Positions 1-10,157 are shown, counted from the stretch's first letter. The stretch: 64,000 nt of DNA from an uncultured delta proteobacterium (GCA_963713045.1 CAVQKE010000006.1:64001-128000), one strand, 5' to 3'. The notes: generated by a model from the sequence alone, not told the origin. A program made the numbers and translations.

Positions 1-680
1 TCCAGCCACCCCGCCACCTGCGTCCCGGTGGTGTCGATGCGCTCAAAGACTTGGGCCAAAAAGCCCGACTCGCTCAGGCCCAGGTTGCGCGCCAGCCCGG
101 CTTGCTCATCCATCTTCCGGTAGGCCAGCTGAATCACCGCGAAGAGTGTTTCCAGGACGCCTTCGCCGCGGATGGCCACCGCGCCAATCACCGGCTCCCG
201 GCCTCGACCCCTGGTCTCGTCCAGCTCCTGATCGGTCTTGGTGTCGGGCAGGTCCCGCTTGTTGAATTGGATGACGATGGGGACCTGGGCCGTGTCCAGG
301 CCGTTCTCCCGCATGTTCTCGTTCAGGTTGGCCCAGTAGGCGTTGTTGTCCGCGTTGGCGCTGCGGCGGCTGTCGGCGATGAAGGCCACCGCGTCGGCGT
401 TCTGCAACACCACCCGCCGAGTCGCATTGTGGATGACCTGCCCGGGCACGGTGAACAGCTTCACCTTCACCGTGTAGCCGCCCTTGGTTTGGAAGAAGAC
501 CGGCAACAGGTCAAAGAAGAGCGTGCGGTCGTCGTGGGTTTCGACGGTGAGCAGCTTTCCCCGACCTTCGGTCTGGGTCCGGGCGTGAATCAGCTGCAGA
601 TTGGTGGTCTTTCCGGAAAGTCCGGGGCCGTAATAGACCACCTTGACGGTGAGTTCCCGCTGGGCGTGGTTGAGTTGCAC
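1..680 (-). CDS. MglA/SofG-family small Ras-like GTPase (3' end runs off the window)
   Basis: Manual minus-strand translation from GTG at 680 gives MQLNHAQRELTVKVVYYGPGLSGKTTNL..DRTLFFD..LFTVPGQ..QFNKRD, the MglA-family G1/G2/G3/G4 motifs. It is absent from the ORF track because there is no stop in the window. Confidence 0.9.
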   Translation of the reverse strand, partial: MQLNHAQRELTVKVVYYGPGLSGKTTNLQLIHARTQTEGRGKLLTVETHDDRTLFFDLLPVFFQTKGGYTVKVKLFTVPGQVIHNATRRVVLQNADAVAFIADSRRSANADNNAYWANLNENMRENGLDTAQVPIVIQFNKRDLPDTKTDQELDETRGRGREPVIGAVAIRGEGVLETLFAVIQLAYRKMDEQAGLARNLGLSESGFLAQVFERIDTTGTQVAGWL

Positions 681-897
681 GGACGGGGAGAAGTCGGCGA
701 GCGGCGGGCCAGCAAGCGCCCAAGCAAGGGTTACCACTGCGAGAAGTCAGGCCCCATCTTAGACGAGAAACCCTCCCAGGCCCCAGGAACCAACCCTCCT
801 ACAGGTGGGTGGACGGGCTCTTTTGAGAAGAGGTGACCCGGAAGAGGAGGACCGGTTAGGATTTACAGCCGCGGCGCGGCGAGGAGGACCCCGAACG

Positions 898-1419
898 ATG
901 ACCATGAAGCGCGTGGAAACGCCCTCCGAGCCCAACGCCATGCCCGTCGTGGACGAAGGCAGCTTGCCGACCGACCTGACGCCGCTGCTGAAATACGGTC
1001 CGCTCGGCGACGATGAGTTGCCCTCGGTGGGCATGCTCCGCGCCGGCTACCGAGGCGAGACCCTCGAGAAGTCGCTGGAAGCGCTGACGCCGTTGCGCCC
1101 CTTTGTTCAGGTGGTCCGCCTGCGGGGACAGATTGTGGGCTACGTCACCGTTGAGCGGGATGGCCCGGTGCCCGGGGCGGCCTACCTCCGCAACATTGTC
1201 GTCAAACTCGACTTGCGGAAGCGGGGCATTGGCACCTCGCTCCTCAAACACGCCATCCAGGTGTCCAAGGACATGTACCGAAGGACGCTGGCCCTGCGCG
1301 TCGACCCGGCCAACGCACCGGCAGTCAACTTCTACCGCTCGATGGGTTTCACCACCGTCGCCACCGTGGTTTCCAAGAAGTCCGGGAAGTTGCGCCTTCT
1401 CATGTCGCGCGAGCTGTAA
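898..1419 (+). CDS. GNAT-family N-acetyltransferase
   Basis: Motif A (V..LRKRGIGTSLL) and N..AVNFYRSMGF. GAGGAGG RBS precedes the ATG at 898. Confidence 0.85.
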   Translation: MTMKRVETPSEPNAMPVVDEGSLPTDLTPLLKYGPLGDDELPSVGMLRAGYRGETLEKSLEALTPLRPFVQVVRLRGQIVGYVTVERDGPVPGAAYLRNIVVKLDLRKRGIGTSLLKHAIQVSKDMYRRTLALRVDPANAPAVNFYRSMGFTTVATVVSKKSGKLRLLMSREL

Positions 1420-1493
1420 GTCCCAGCACCAGCAGTCACCTTCGCTGCAGACGGTTGGCAGGCGCGGGCTGAAGTGGCATAGAGCCCGCCGGT

Positions 1494-2600
1494 TTGGACT
1501 CCCCTTTGTCTCGTCGCGCTCGTCAATACCTCGGCCTGGCCCTTCTCGGCTTTCTGGCGGGGCTGGTGAGTTGGTCCCATCTGGTTCTCTCCCCGGAGAG
1601 CAATCACCCCGTCGGCTGGCGGCAGCTGGCCTTTTACGCCATCCCCTGGATGGCCTGGGCGGTGACCACCCCGGCCATCCGCGTCGCGCTGCGACGCTTT
1701 GCTCCCCTGGAAAACGCCAGTCGGCCCAGCTGGTGGGGTGTGCACCTGGTGCTGTTTTGTTTGGGGTGGGTAGGCAACGAAGCTCTTCAAGCCTTCTTGG
1801 CCTTGGCCGGCTGGGCACCGTGGTACGAGACGCAATCGACGCCGTTTGTCCCGCTCCTGTGGAGCTGGATGCGGATGTCCTTCATCACCGACCTGCTCTG
1901 CTACGGAGGAGCCATCGGGGTCATCTACGCACTCGAGGCACGCAGCCGCCTCCGCGCCCAGGAGATGGCTGCTGCGCAGCTGGAGACGCAGCTGGCGCGC
2001 GCCCAACTCGAAGCGCTGCGCGTCCAGCTTCACCCCCATTTTCTCTTCAACACCCTGAACGCCATCTCGATGATGGCTCGCAAAGGGGAAACCGACGTCG
2101 TCGTCCGGATGCTGGCCGGCCTCAGCGACCTGTTGCGCCTGGCGCTGTCCAGCGTCGGGAAAGCGGAAGTTCCGCTGCGCGCGGAGCTCGACTTTCTCGA
2201 GCGCTACCTGGCGCTGCAGCAAATCCGCTTCTCGGACCGTCTGCAGGTGAAGATGGACATTTCCCCCGAAGCGCTGGAGGCGCGCGTCCCTTCCCTGGTG
2301 CTGCAGCCGTTGGCTGAGAATGCCGTGCGCCATGGGCTTTCGCCCCAAAACGAAGGGGGCCTGTTGGAGATTGGCGCGCAGCGCTCCGGGGCCGAGTTGG
2401 TGCTTTCCGTCCGGGACACCGGGGTGGGGCTGCCCCCCGAATCCGAGCGCCGCGGCGGGATGGGACTGCAAAACGTCCGCGCTCGACTGGCCGTCCTGTA
2501 CCCGGACACCCACCGCTTCACCTTGGAAAACCACCCCGGCGGAGGAACGCTGGCGTTGGTCACCATCCCCTTTCACCAAGAAGCGCTGGCGGATGGCTAA
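1494..2600 (+). CDS. LytS/YehU-family membrane sensor histidine kinase
   Basis: N-terminal TM helices, QLHPHFLFNTLNAI, LQPLAENAVRHG, DTGVG, GMGLQNVRARL. Confidence 0.92.
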   Translation: MDSPLSRRARQYLGLALLGFLAGLVSWSHLVLSPESNHPVGWRQLAFYAIPWMAWAVTTPAIRVALRRFAPLENASRPSWWGVHLVLFCLGWVGNEALQAFLALAGWAPWYETQSTPFVPLLWSWMRMSFITDLLCYGGAIGVIYALEARSRLRAQEMAAAQLETQLARAQLEALRVQLHPHFLFNTLNAISMMARKGETDVVVRMLAGLSDLLRLALSSVGKAEVPLRAELDFLERYLALQQIRFSDRLQVKMDISPEALEARVPSLVLQPLAENAVRHGLSPQNEGGLLEIGAQRSGAELVLSVRDTGVGLPPESERRGGMGLQNVRARLAVLYPDTHRFTLENHPGGGTLALVTIPFHQEALADG

Positions 2601-3336
2601 CCAGGTGCGAACGGCAGTCGTCGACGACGAGCCCCTGGCCCGGGAAGGCGTTCGACTGCTGCTCGGCCGCGACCCCGACGTAACGGTGGTGGGGGAGGCA
2701 GGCAACCTGAGCGAGGCCCTGGCACTGCTGAGCCGCGCGCGGCCGCAGCTCCTCTTCCTGGACGTGCAGATGCCGGGCGGCGACGGCTTCGAGGTGCTCC
2801 AGCGCGCGGAGCGGCCGCTGCCGCTGGTCATTTTCGTGACCGCCTACGACGCGCACGCTCTCAAAGCCTTCGGCGTCCACGCCCTGGACTACCTCCTCAA
2901 GCCCTTTGACGACGAGCGTTTCGCCGAGGCCCTGCAACGGGCCAAGCGGGAGCTGCAGCGCACCGCCGCCGCCGAAATTGGCGAGCGGATGCTGCAGGGG
3001 GTGCAGGCGCTGGAGCGCACCCGGGTGGTGGTGCGGGACCGCGGGCGGGTGACGTTTCTGGACGAGGAGGAGATTGAGTGGATTGAGGCGGCCGACTACT
3101 ACGTCGAGCTGCACGTCGGCGCACAGACCTACCTGCACCGCGAGTCGATGGCCGCCCTGGAGGCCCGCCTCGATTCCCGACGGTTTGTCCGCATCCACCG
3201 AAAGGCCATCGTCAACATTCGCTGCCTGCGCGAATTGCGCCGCGACCCCTCGGGGGGCCTGGTCGCCGTCCTCAGCAGCGGCGCCTGCGTCCCGGTGGCC
3301 CGAAGCCACCAGGCCCAGGTGCGCCGACTGGCCTGA
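2593..3336 (+). CDS. LytTR-family response regulator
   Basis: REC domain (VDDEPLAR, FLDVQMP, FVTAYD, DYLLKP) plus LytTR domain (FVRIHRKAIVN). Start overlaps the kinase stop. Confidence 0.93.
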   Translation: MANQVRTAVVDDEPLAREGVRLLLGRDPDVTVVGEAGNLSEALALLSRARPQLLFLDVQMPGGDGFEVLQRAERPLPLVIFVTAYDAHALKAFGVHALDYLLKPFDDERFAEALQRAKRELQRTAAAEIGERMLQGVQALERTRVVVRDRGRVTFLDEEEIEWIEAADYYVELHVGAQTYLHRESMAALEARLDSRRFVRIHRKAIVNIRCLRELRRDPSGGLVAVLSSGACVPVARSHQAQVRRLA

Positions 3337-3469
3337 GGCCCCGTCCCCCCCGGGGGATGGGCGGCCGGCCCTGGGGGGTGGCGCCATTCCCTGCACCACC
3401 CAGCTTCCCGGCTGCTTCAGGGCAGTGCCGGGCGCCGCGGCGAGGGACAGTGCCTGCCAAAGGCCCCCC

Positions 3470-4012
3470 ATGCGACCCCTTCGCCTTCTCGCCCTCGTCG
3501 TTGGAGCACTTGTCTTGGCCCTTCCGGCCGTTGGCCTCCGGTGGATGGAGGCGCGCGGCGAGGAATCCGGCGTCGTCAACACCTCGGAAGGGCCGGTGCG
3601 CTTCACCCTGTACTGGCCCCGCATGCCGGGCAACGCGCGGACACTGGTGATTGTCGCCGCGGACGTCCGCGCCGCGTACCCTCGGCCGCTCCGCCTCCTC
3701 GCACAAGCGGCGGCTACCGGCGGCTTCCCGACGGTGTACCTCGAGCCCAGTGAAGCACCGGCGGAGGCGGCGGCGCGGCTGAAGGCCCTTCTTGAACGGC
3801 ACGGCGGCGTCTTCGGCCTGGACGCGGCAGCCGTCTGGACGTACGTCGAGGGGAAGCACTTCGCCCCTGCTACGCCCCGCTGCAGCCGGCACAACCCGCT
3901 GGCCCAGACGCTGCGCTGGTTGGGGCAGGGCCTCGGGGCGCCGAGTGCCCGCACCCGGACGGTGCTGGAATTGGCCTCGGGCGCAGGCTGCGCGCTGGCC
4001 CGGCACCTTTAA
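3470..4012 (+). CDS. hypothetical exported/membrane-anchored protein
   Basis: ATG at 3470 followed by a hydrophobic N-terminus (LRLLALVVGALVLALPAVG). Fills the gap between genes. Confidence 0.5.
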   Translation: MRPLRLLALVVGALVLALPAVGLRWMEARGEESGVVNTSEGPVRFTLYWPRMPGNARTLVIVAADVRAAYPRPLRLLAQAAATGGFPTVYLEPSEAPAEAAARLKALLERHGGVFGLDAAAVWTYVEGKHFAPATPRCSRHNPLAQTLRWLGQGLGAPSARTRTVLELASGAGCALARHL

Positions 4013-5997
4013 GCAGGGGCCCGCTGTTGTTTCTCCTCGCCTGGCCCGCTGCCGGCGGCCGAGGCAAACCACTGCGCCAAAGGGGCGAGGCTGCGAAAGC
4101 GCCGGGCCGGTGGCAGGGACTGCACCAGCAGCCGTCCATAGGCGCGCCGGGAGACGCGGACATCCAGCAGCGCCACGATGCCGCGGTCCGCGCGGCTGCG
4201 GATGAGCCGGCCGAAGCCTTGCCGCAACGCCAGCGCCGCCTCGGGCAGCTGGTAGGCCGAGAAAGGTTCCTCGCCCTGCGCAGCCAGCTGCTCCATCCGC
4301 GCCGCGGTGAGGGGGTGCCCCGGGGAGGCAAAGGGCAGCTTGTCCATCACCACCAGCGAGAGCGCCTCCCCAGGGACGTCCACCCCTTCCCAAAAGCTGC
4401 TGGTGGCGAAGAGGACGGAGGGCGCGGCGCGGAAGGCCTCCAACAGGCGGTGCTTCGGCGCATCGCCTTGCTTCAACACCGGCCAGGGCAACCTGTCCTG
4501 CAGCAAGGCATGCACCGCCTCCATGTTGCGCAGAGAGGTGAAGAGGACGAAGGCCCGGCCGCCGGTGACTTCGGTGAGGGAGAGGACTTCGGCTGCCACC
4601 GACACCGCGAAGCCCGTCTCATTGGGCTCCGGCAAGTGGGTCGGTAGGTACAGCGCCGCCTGCTGGGCATAGTCAAAGGAGGAGGGCACGGCCAACTGGG
4701 TGAGGGGGTGCACCGCCTCGCCTTCCTCGTCCAGCAGCCCCAGGCGACGACAGAAGTAGCCAAAGGAATTGCCCGCGCGCAGGGTGGCCGAGGTGAAGAT
4801 GAGGGTGTCGACCGAGCCGTACAGCTTCTCTCGGAGGGCTTCGGCCACCGAGATGGGGGCCGCCCGGAGGGCAACTCCCCGGCCTCGGCCCTCCGCCCAG
4901 TAGACGTGGTTGAGGGAGTCCGCCCGGCGGACGAAGTCCAACTCCGAGGACAGCTCGCCGCTGCGTCGGCCGAGGGCCTGCACCTCCGGCTCCTCGGCCC
5001 CGGCGGCGAAAGCGCCGAGCGCGGCAAGGCCTTCCAGCACGCCCTCCACCTGCCGGCCCAAGGGGCGCAACAGCGTCGGAGTGAGGCGAATGGCCGACTC
5101 CGTCTGCAGCCCGAGGGCGCGCGGGGCGCTGCTGAACAGGGCCTCCGCCTGGCCGCGCACCTTCAGCGCCAGCGCCGCCAGCATGCCGGACCGCTCATCC
5201 AGGGGGTCCAACGCCACCTGGGCGTCCCGGGCGAGGTCCTCGAAGCGGAAGCTGCTGACGGCGACGCCGAAATACTCCGTGGCGGCGTCCTCCAGTGCGT
5301 GGGCCTCGTCGAAGACGACGGCGTCGTAGCGCGGCAGCACGCCCTCCCCGCTGCCTCGGGAGGTGCGCAGGGCGAGGTCCGCGAAAAACAGGGCGTGGTT
5401 GACGATGAGGATGTCCGAGGCGTCGGCGCGGGACCGCAACCGGGTGACGAAGCAGACGTCGTGCAGCGGGCAGCGGGTGCCGAGGCACGTCTCCCGGGTG
5501 GTGGACAGCCGCGGCCAACCGGCGAAGTCGTCCGGCAGCGCCAACTCGGCCCGGTCTCCGGTCTCGGTCCGCTCGGCCCAGGCATGGACGGCGGCCCACG
5601 CCTCCTCGGCGCCCGGGCCCAAAAGCGTGGGCTCTCGCTCCACCCGCTCCAGCCGGTGCAGGCACAGGTAGTTGGCGCGCCCCTTCACCAGGGTGGCGCG
5701 CAGCTCTAGCCCCAGGCCGCGTTGCACCAGGGGCAAGTCCTTGTGGAAAAGCTGGTCCTGCAGCGTCTTGGTGGCGGTGGAGATGACGACTTTGCGGCCG
5801 CTGAGTGCCGCCGGGACGAGGTAGGCCAAGGTCTTCCCGGTGCCGGTGCCCGCTTCGGCCACCAGCGCGCGCTTCTCTGCAAAGGCCCGCTCCACCTCGC
5901 GGGCCAGCGCCAGCTGCTCCGGACGGGATTCCCAGCCCGGCAGCACCTCGGAGAGACGCCCACGCGCGCCAAACACCGCTTCCATGGAGGTCGTCAA
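4009..5997 (-). CDS. DinG/YoaA-family ATP-dependent DNA helicase
   Basis: EAGTGTGKT, KGRANYLC with Fe-S cysteines, FDEAH, TSATL, SFWEGVDVPG, QGFGRLIRS. Confidence 0.93.
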   Translation of the reverse strand: MTTSMEAVFGARGRLSEVLPGWESRPEQLALAREVERAFAEKRALVAEAGTGTGKTLAYLVPAALSGRKVVISTATKTLQDQLFHKDLPLVQRGLGLELRATLVKGRANYLCLHRLERVEREPTLLGPGAEEAWAAVHAWAERTETGDRAELALPDDFAGWPRLSTTRETCLGTRCPLHDVCFVTRLRSRADASDILIVNHALFFADLALRTSRGSGEGVLPRYDAVVFDEAHALEDAATEYFGVAVSSFRFEDLARDAQVALDPLDERSGMLAALALKVRGQAEALFSSAPRALGLQTESAIRLTPTLLRPLGRQVEGVLEGLAALGAFAAGAEEPEVQALGRRSGELSSELDFVRRADSLNHVYWAEGRGRGVALRAAPISVAEALREKLYGSVDTLIFTSATLRAGNSFGYFCRRLGLLDEEGEAVHPLTQLAVPSSFDYAQQAALYLPTHLPEPNETGFAVSVAAEVLSLTEVTGGRAFVLFTSLRNMEAVHALLQDRLPWPVLKQGDAPKHRLLEAFRAAPSVLFATSSFWEGVDVPGEALSLVVMDKLPFASPGHPLTAARMEQLAAQGEEPFSAYQLPEAALALRQGFGRLIRSRADRGIVALLDVRVSRRAYGRLLVQSLPPARRFRSLAPLAQWFASAAGSGPGEEKQQRAPA

Positions 5998-6686
5998 TGC
6001 CGCCCCAAAAGCCGCAGCAGGGCAAACACCAGGGTGGGGGCAAGCAGCATCACTGCCGCCACCGCCACCGCCTTGGCCCGCCCGTTGGCCCGCGGTGTCT
6101 GGGCCGTCCGCAGCGCGGCCACCATCACCGGCGCCGATGCCAGTTTGACGGCCGCCTCGAGCGAGTTGCGCGCCAGAGCGTCTTGTGGGGCCCGCGCCAG
6201 TCGAATGCGGTACAGATGACAGGCTGCCGTCAACTCTCCCGAGGCGTCGGCCAGCTGGAGGAAGCGGGTGTGCTCGGCCGCGTCATTCCAGTGGGCGGCC
6301 AACGCCCTCCACGCGTCCGCCAGCGTCGACGACGGCTGAAGCGCGCTGTCGCGGACGGCGTTGGAGAAAACCAATCCACAGGCCGGACAACTGGCGGCGG
6401 CGGGGCTTCGAGGCGCGACGCATTTGGGGCAAAAGGCCGCCGGCACCTCAAAGGCCGCCTCGATGGCGCTGGGCCCGCTGGCCGGTGGGGGCGTCGGGCG
6501 GCGACTAGGCGCGGGAAGGCCCTCCACCGCTGCGCCGGCCGGCGTGGCCTCGGCGCCGCTGGCCTCCGAGAGAGCCAGGCGCCGCTGCTGACCGCAGGCC
6601 CGACAGCGGACGACGACGTGGCCCTGGTCCAGACGAAAGTCCACCACCTCCACCGGCTGACCGCACACAGGACAAAGGCCATTCAT
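5994..6686 (-). CDS. zinc-ribbon membrane protein (myxobacterial hypothetical)
   Basis: Four CxxC motifs (CPVC, CRAC, CPKC, CPAC) and a C-terminal TM helix. Stop overlaps the helicase start. Confidence 0.7.
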   Translation of the reverse strand: MNGLCPVCGQPVEVVDFRLDQGHVVVRCRACGQQRRLALSEASGAEATPAGAAVEGLPAPSRRPTPPPASGPSAIEAAFEVPAAFCPKCVAPRSPAAASCPACGLVFSNAVRDSALQPSSTLADAWRALAAHWNDAAEHTRFLQLADASGELTAACHLYRIRLARAPQDALARNSLEAAVKLASAPVMVAALRTAQTPRANGRAKAVAVAAVMLLAPTLVFALLRLLGRH

Positions 6687-6730
6687 CCGTCGGCGGCGAA
6701 GCTAAGCACACCTTCTTCAAACTCCCTCTA

Positions 6731-7911
6731 GTACCCCGGATCCGTGAATAGTTGAAAAAGTCACATGGCATGAGCTTGGAGGGTGCGCGTCGCGAAGCGA
6801 CGCATGGAATCGAGGATGTCGTCAGCAGTCTTCGTCCAGCGGAATGGCTTCGGTGCCTCATTGTGCGCGTCGATGAAGGCAGTGATGGCTGCTTTTAACT
6901 CGGGAACGCTGCAGTGAGAGCCGCGCTGGAGCGCTTGCTGCGTCAGCAAGCCGAAGAAACGCTCCACCATGTTGATCCAGGAGCCGTGGGTCGGCGTGAA
7001 GTGCAGATGAAACCGAGGGTGGCGGACGAGCCAGCGCATCACCGCGGGCGTCTTGTGCGTGGAGAGATTGTCGAGGATGACGTGGACGTCCAGCGAGGGC
7101 TGAACACCCGCGTCGATGTCCTTGAGAAACTTCACGAACTCGAGGGCCCGGTGACGATTGAAACAGCGCCCAAGTACTTGTCCGGTCGCAACATCGAGCG
7201 CTGCAAAGAGATCTGTTGTGCCGTGACGGATGTAGTTGTGAGTCCGTCGCTCCGGCATTCCCACGTCCATCGGGAGCACCGGAGTCGCCCGGGCGAGAGC
7301 TTGAATCTGCGACTTCTCATCCACCGAAAAGACGGCCGCATTGTCGGGCGGCGACAGGTACAGGCCAACGATGTCGCGCACTTTCTCGACGAGATAAGGG
7401 TCTTCCGAGAGGCGAAACGTCTTCGTCCGGTGGGGCTGCAGCCCGAAAGTGCGCCAAATCCGGCCGATGCTGCTGTGGCTGAGACCAATCTGTTTCGCCA
7501 GCGAACGCGTGCTCCAGTGAGTGCCGCCCTTTGGCTTCGTCTCAAGAGTGCGGACAACGACGCTCTCGACCTGGTCGTCGGTGATTGTGCGCTCTACGCC
7601 CGGCCGAGGCTCGTCGTGAAGACCGTCCAGCCGGAGCTCGATGAAGCGCTTCCGCCATTTGCCGACCGTCGCCCCAGTGCAGCGGAGCTGCCGAGCAACC
7701 TCCGAGTTCGTCAGACCCTCGAGGCTTCGCAGCACGATGCGGGCACGGAACGCAAGATGTCGATTCGCCCGACTTCGATTGGCAAATCGCTCCAGCACAC
7801 CGCGCTCTTCAGCGCTCACCACCAGCTCAGCCTTCGGTCTTCCGGTTCGAGCCATTCGCGGAGTAGATCACACCCCTACGACTTTCACCGCGAATCTCGG
7901 TTCCGGAATAC
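6731..7911 (-). mobile_element. IS630-family insertion sequence, about 1.18 kb, flanked by a TA duplication
   Basis: Imperfect terminal inverted repeats CTAGTACCCCGGATCCGTGAAT vs CTAGTATTCCGGAACCGAGATT (reverse complement of the right end). TA at 6729-6730 and 7912-7913. Visibly lower GC than the flanks. Confidence 0.9.
6761..7855 (-). CDS. IS630-family transposase
   Basis: HTH (TVGKWRKRF..GLHDEPRPG) and DDE region (SVDEKSQIQAL, ILDNLSTHK, SWINMVERFF). ORF is intact. Confidence 0.95.
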   Translation of the reverse strand: MARTGRPKAELVVSAEERGVLERFANRSRANRHLAFRARIVLRSLEGLTNSEVARQLRCTGATVGKWRKRFIELRLDGLHDEPRPGVERTITDDQVESVVVRTLETKPKGGTHWSTRSLAKQIGLSHSSIGRIWRTFGLQPHRTKTFRLSEDPYLVEKVRDIVGLYLSPPDNAAVFSVDEKSQIQALARATPVLPMDVGMPERRTHNYIRHGTTDLFAALDVATGQVLGRCFNRHRALEFVKFLKDIDAGVQPSLDVHVILDNLSTHKTPAVMRWLVRHPRFHLHFTPTHGSWINMVERFFGLLTQQALQRGSHCSVPELKAAITAFIDAHNEAPKPFRWTKTADDILDSMRRFATRTLQAHAM

Positions 7912-8864
7912 TAGGGAGCTGCCACCAAAAGCTGCACCGGCGAGGGGGTGAGGCACAGGACGAAGACCACCAGGCAGCCGATGCAGATGAGGAAGCGACG
8001 GCCGTCCAAGGCCTCGGCGGGCCGCTCCACCTCGGGGTGGCGAAAGCCCACCACCAGCGAGGCCACCAAAAGCCACAGCAGCCAGGAGAGGTTGAAGAAG
8101 AGCACCAGAGCCAACAGGCCCAAGGCCGAAAGCTTGCCGAGGCGCACGGCGCGTGGGCCAAGGTTGGCAAAGGCCAAGTGCCCACCGTCCAGCTGGCCAA
8201 TGGGGAAGAGGTTGAGGGTGGTGACGATGCAGCCAAACCAGCCGGCCACAATGTAGGGGTTGGCCAGCACGTCCTTGCCGGCAGGCAACGGGCCCACCAC
8301 CAACCGCTGGATGAGCAGCGTCAACAGGTTGTCCCCAAAACTCTGGCCGACGACGTTGGGCTCCTGGTGATGGGCGAAGTAACGGAACAACAACCTCGCC
8401 ACCTGGGTTGCCGACTCGAGCGGCGGAAACGTCGAGAGGGACAACGGCACGTCGATGACGGTGGCGTGCGCGTAGCCCCAAAAAAGCACCACCACCGCGA
8501 CCACGAAGCCGGCCAGCGGACCGGCGGCGCCAATGTCCACCAAGGCGTTGCGCGTCGGAATTCGGCTCCGGATGCGAATCACCGCGCCCAGGGTGCCGAA
8601 CCCGAGGTGTGGAAGCGGGATGAAGTACGGCAGCGAGGCGTCGACACCGTGGCGGCGGGCCAACAGCCAGTGCCCCATCTCGTGGCTACCGAGAATGGCC
8701 ACCAGCGACAGGCTGAAGGCCACACCATCCAGCACGTTGGCTCGGTTCCAGACGCCCGACGTCTGGTCGGACAGAAACACCTCGAAGGTGGTGGCCAGGG
8801 TGAGGAGCAGCAGGCCGAGGTGTAGAAGCGGCCGCTGGGCCGGGCGGAGGGCGACGCTGTCCAT
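7911..8864 (-). CDS. site-2 protease (peptidase M50)
   Basis: HEMGH zinc motif, AGPLAG, NLFPIGQLDGGH and multiple TM segments. Confidence 0.92.
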   Translation of the reverse strand: MDSVALRPAQRPLLHLGLLLLTLATTFEVFLSDQTSGVWNRANVLDGVAFSLSLVAILGSHEMGHWLLARRHGVDASLPYFIPLPHLGFGTLGAVIRIRSRIPTRNALVDIGAAGPLAGFVVAVVVLFWGYAHATVIDVPLSLSTFPPLESATQVARLLFRYFAHHQEPNVVGQSFGDNLLTLLIQRLVVGPLPAGKDVLANPYIVAGWFGCIVTTLNLFPIGQLDGGHLAFANLGPRAVRLGKLSALGLLALVLFFNLSWLLWLLVASLVVGFRHPEVERPAEALDGRRFLICIGCLVVFVLCLTPSPVQLLVAAP

Positions 8865-8877
8865 GGTGAAGGCTGGG

Positions 8878-9903
8878 CTAACCCTGTTCCAGCACTTGCC
8901 GCAGCGTCTGGGCGGTGAATTGCACCAAGGGGATGACGCGGGAGTAGTTCATCCGGGTGGGGCCGATGACGCCCAGCGTGCCGAGCGTGCGGTCTTCGTT
9001 TCCGTACGGGGTGGCCACCACCGTCACGTCGCCGGCGGAGGAAAACTCACTCTCATTGCCGATGAAAATCTGCATCGCCCCAGCTTGCTCCACCCGTTCC
9101 AGCAGCGCCACCAGCTTGCTCTTCTCATCCAGGGCCCGAAACAGGGACCGCATGCGTTCTATGTCGGTGAACTCGGGCGACTCGAGGAAGGAGCCGGTGC
9201 CCTCGATGTGGATGCGCTCCGGGGCGTGGAGTTCGGTGGCGGCGTAGCCGAGCCGCAGCGCCTTGGCCTGCAGCTCGTCCAAGAGGGCCTGCTCCTGAGC
9301 CTGCTCGGTGAGAATGCGCCCGCGCAGCCCCTCAAACGGCACCTCGTGCAACAGCTCGCTCAGGTAGTTGGAGGCGCGGCCGAGCTCGGCCTCTGACATC
9401 TCCGCCTCGAGGCTGAGCGGCTTATTCAGCACCTGCCCGTCGCGGCCAACCAGGATGGCCAGCACGCGGTTGTCCCGCAGCCGGACAAATTCAATGCGGT
9501 GGAAGACGCCGGCCGAGGGCCTGGGGGCCACCACCACGCAGGCGTGCTTGGTGACGAAGGACAGCACGCGGCTCGCCTCTTGGAGCGACTCCTCGAGGCC
9601 CGCCCCGGTGGAGATTCCGCGCTGGATGAGTTCGCGGTCGCGCGGCAGCGGCTGCCGCAGCTGCATCAGCGAGTCGACGTAGAAGCGGTAGGCGCGGCCG
9701 GTGGGCACCCGGCCGGCGGAGGTGTGCGGCTTTTCCAGGTAGCCGAGCGCCTCCAAGTCCGCCATGACGTTGCGCAGCGTCGCGCTGGAGACGTCGAATT
9801 GGCTTCGGGCCAATTGGTGGCTCCCCACCGGGCCACCGGTCGCGATGTACTCGCGAATCACTGCATGCAACACAGAGCGCGCACGCTCGTTCAAGTCTTC
9901 CAT
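8878..9903 (-). CDS. hrcA: heat-inducible transcription repressor HrcA
   Basis: PVGS..SSATLRNVMADLE..GYLEKPHTSAGRVPT..YRFYVD and GVIGPTRMNY. Start placed at ATG 9903. Confidence 0.95.
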   Translation of the reverse strand: MEDLNERARSVLHAVIREYIATGGPVGSHQLARSQFDVSSATLRNVMADLEALGYLEKPHTSAGRVPTGRAYRFYVDSLMQLRQPLPRDRELIQRGISTGAGLEESLQEASRVLSFVTKHACVVVAPRPSAGVFHRIEFVRLRDNRVLAILVGRDGQVLNKPLSLEAEMSEAELGRASNYLSELLHEVPFEGLRGRILTEQAQEQALLDELQAKALRLGYAATELHAPERIHIEGTGSFLESPEFTDIERMRSLFRALDEKSKLVALLERVEQAGAMQIFIGNESEFSSAGDVTVVATPYGNEDRTLGTLGVIGPTRMNYSRVIPLVQFTAQTLRQVLEQG

Positions 9904-10157
9904 GAAAAATCCACTCCAAATGCTAGGGCCGTCGCCTGGCCGTTTCAACCGAGACGCATGCGTCCCTAACCCCCCGCAACCCCTGACTTCGCCGCGGACT
10001 GTGCGCGTCGGCCAGCCGCGGCCGCGGCCACCGCCCGCTGGCGCGCGCTCGGCCAGCACAGGCCTGTCGTTCCTCGTTTCCTTTTCCATCTCCTTGAGGC
10101 TTCATGCGCGCTTGGCGCAGGGCAGCAGGCACACCACTTGTCAGGAGGCAGGCGTCG

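Noticed and set aside
51..836. 261-aa plus-strand ORF
   Set aside because: It is the antisense shadow of the MglA-like GTPase on the minus strand.
10039..10130. sigma54 promoter for glnA
   Set aside because: TTGGCGCAGGGCAGC has 9-nt spacing, and TGGCGCGCGCTCGGC has a poor -12 box. Neither is supportable.
9904..10157. CIRCE element upstream of hrcA
   Set aside because: No TTAGCACTC-N9-GAGTGCTAA match was seen.
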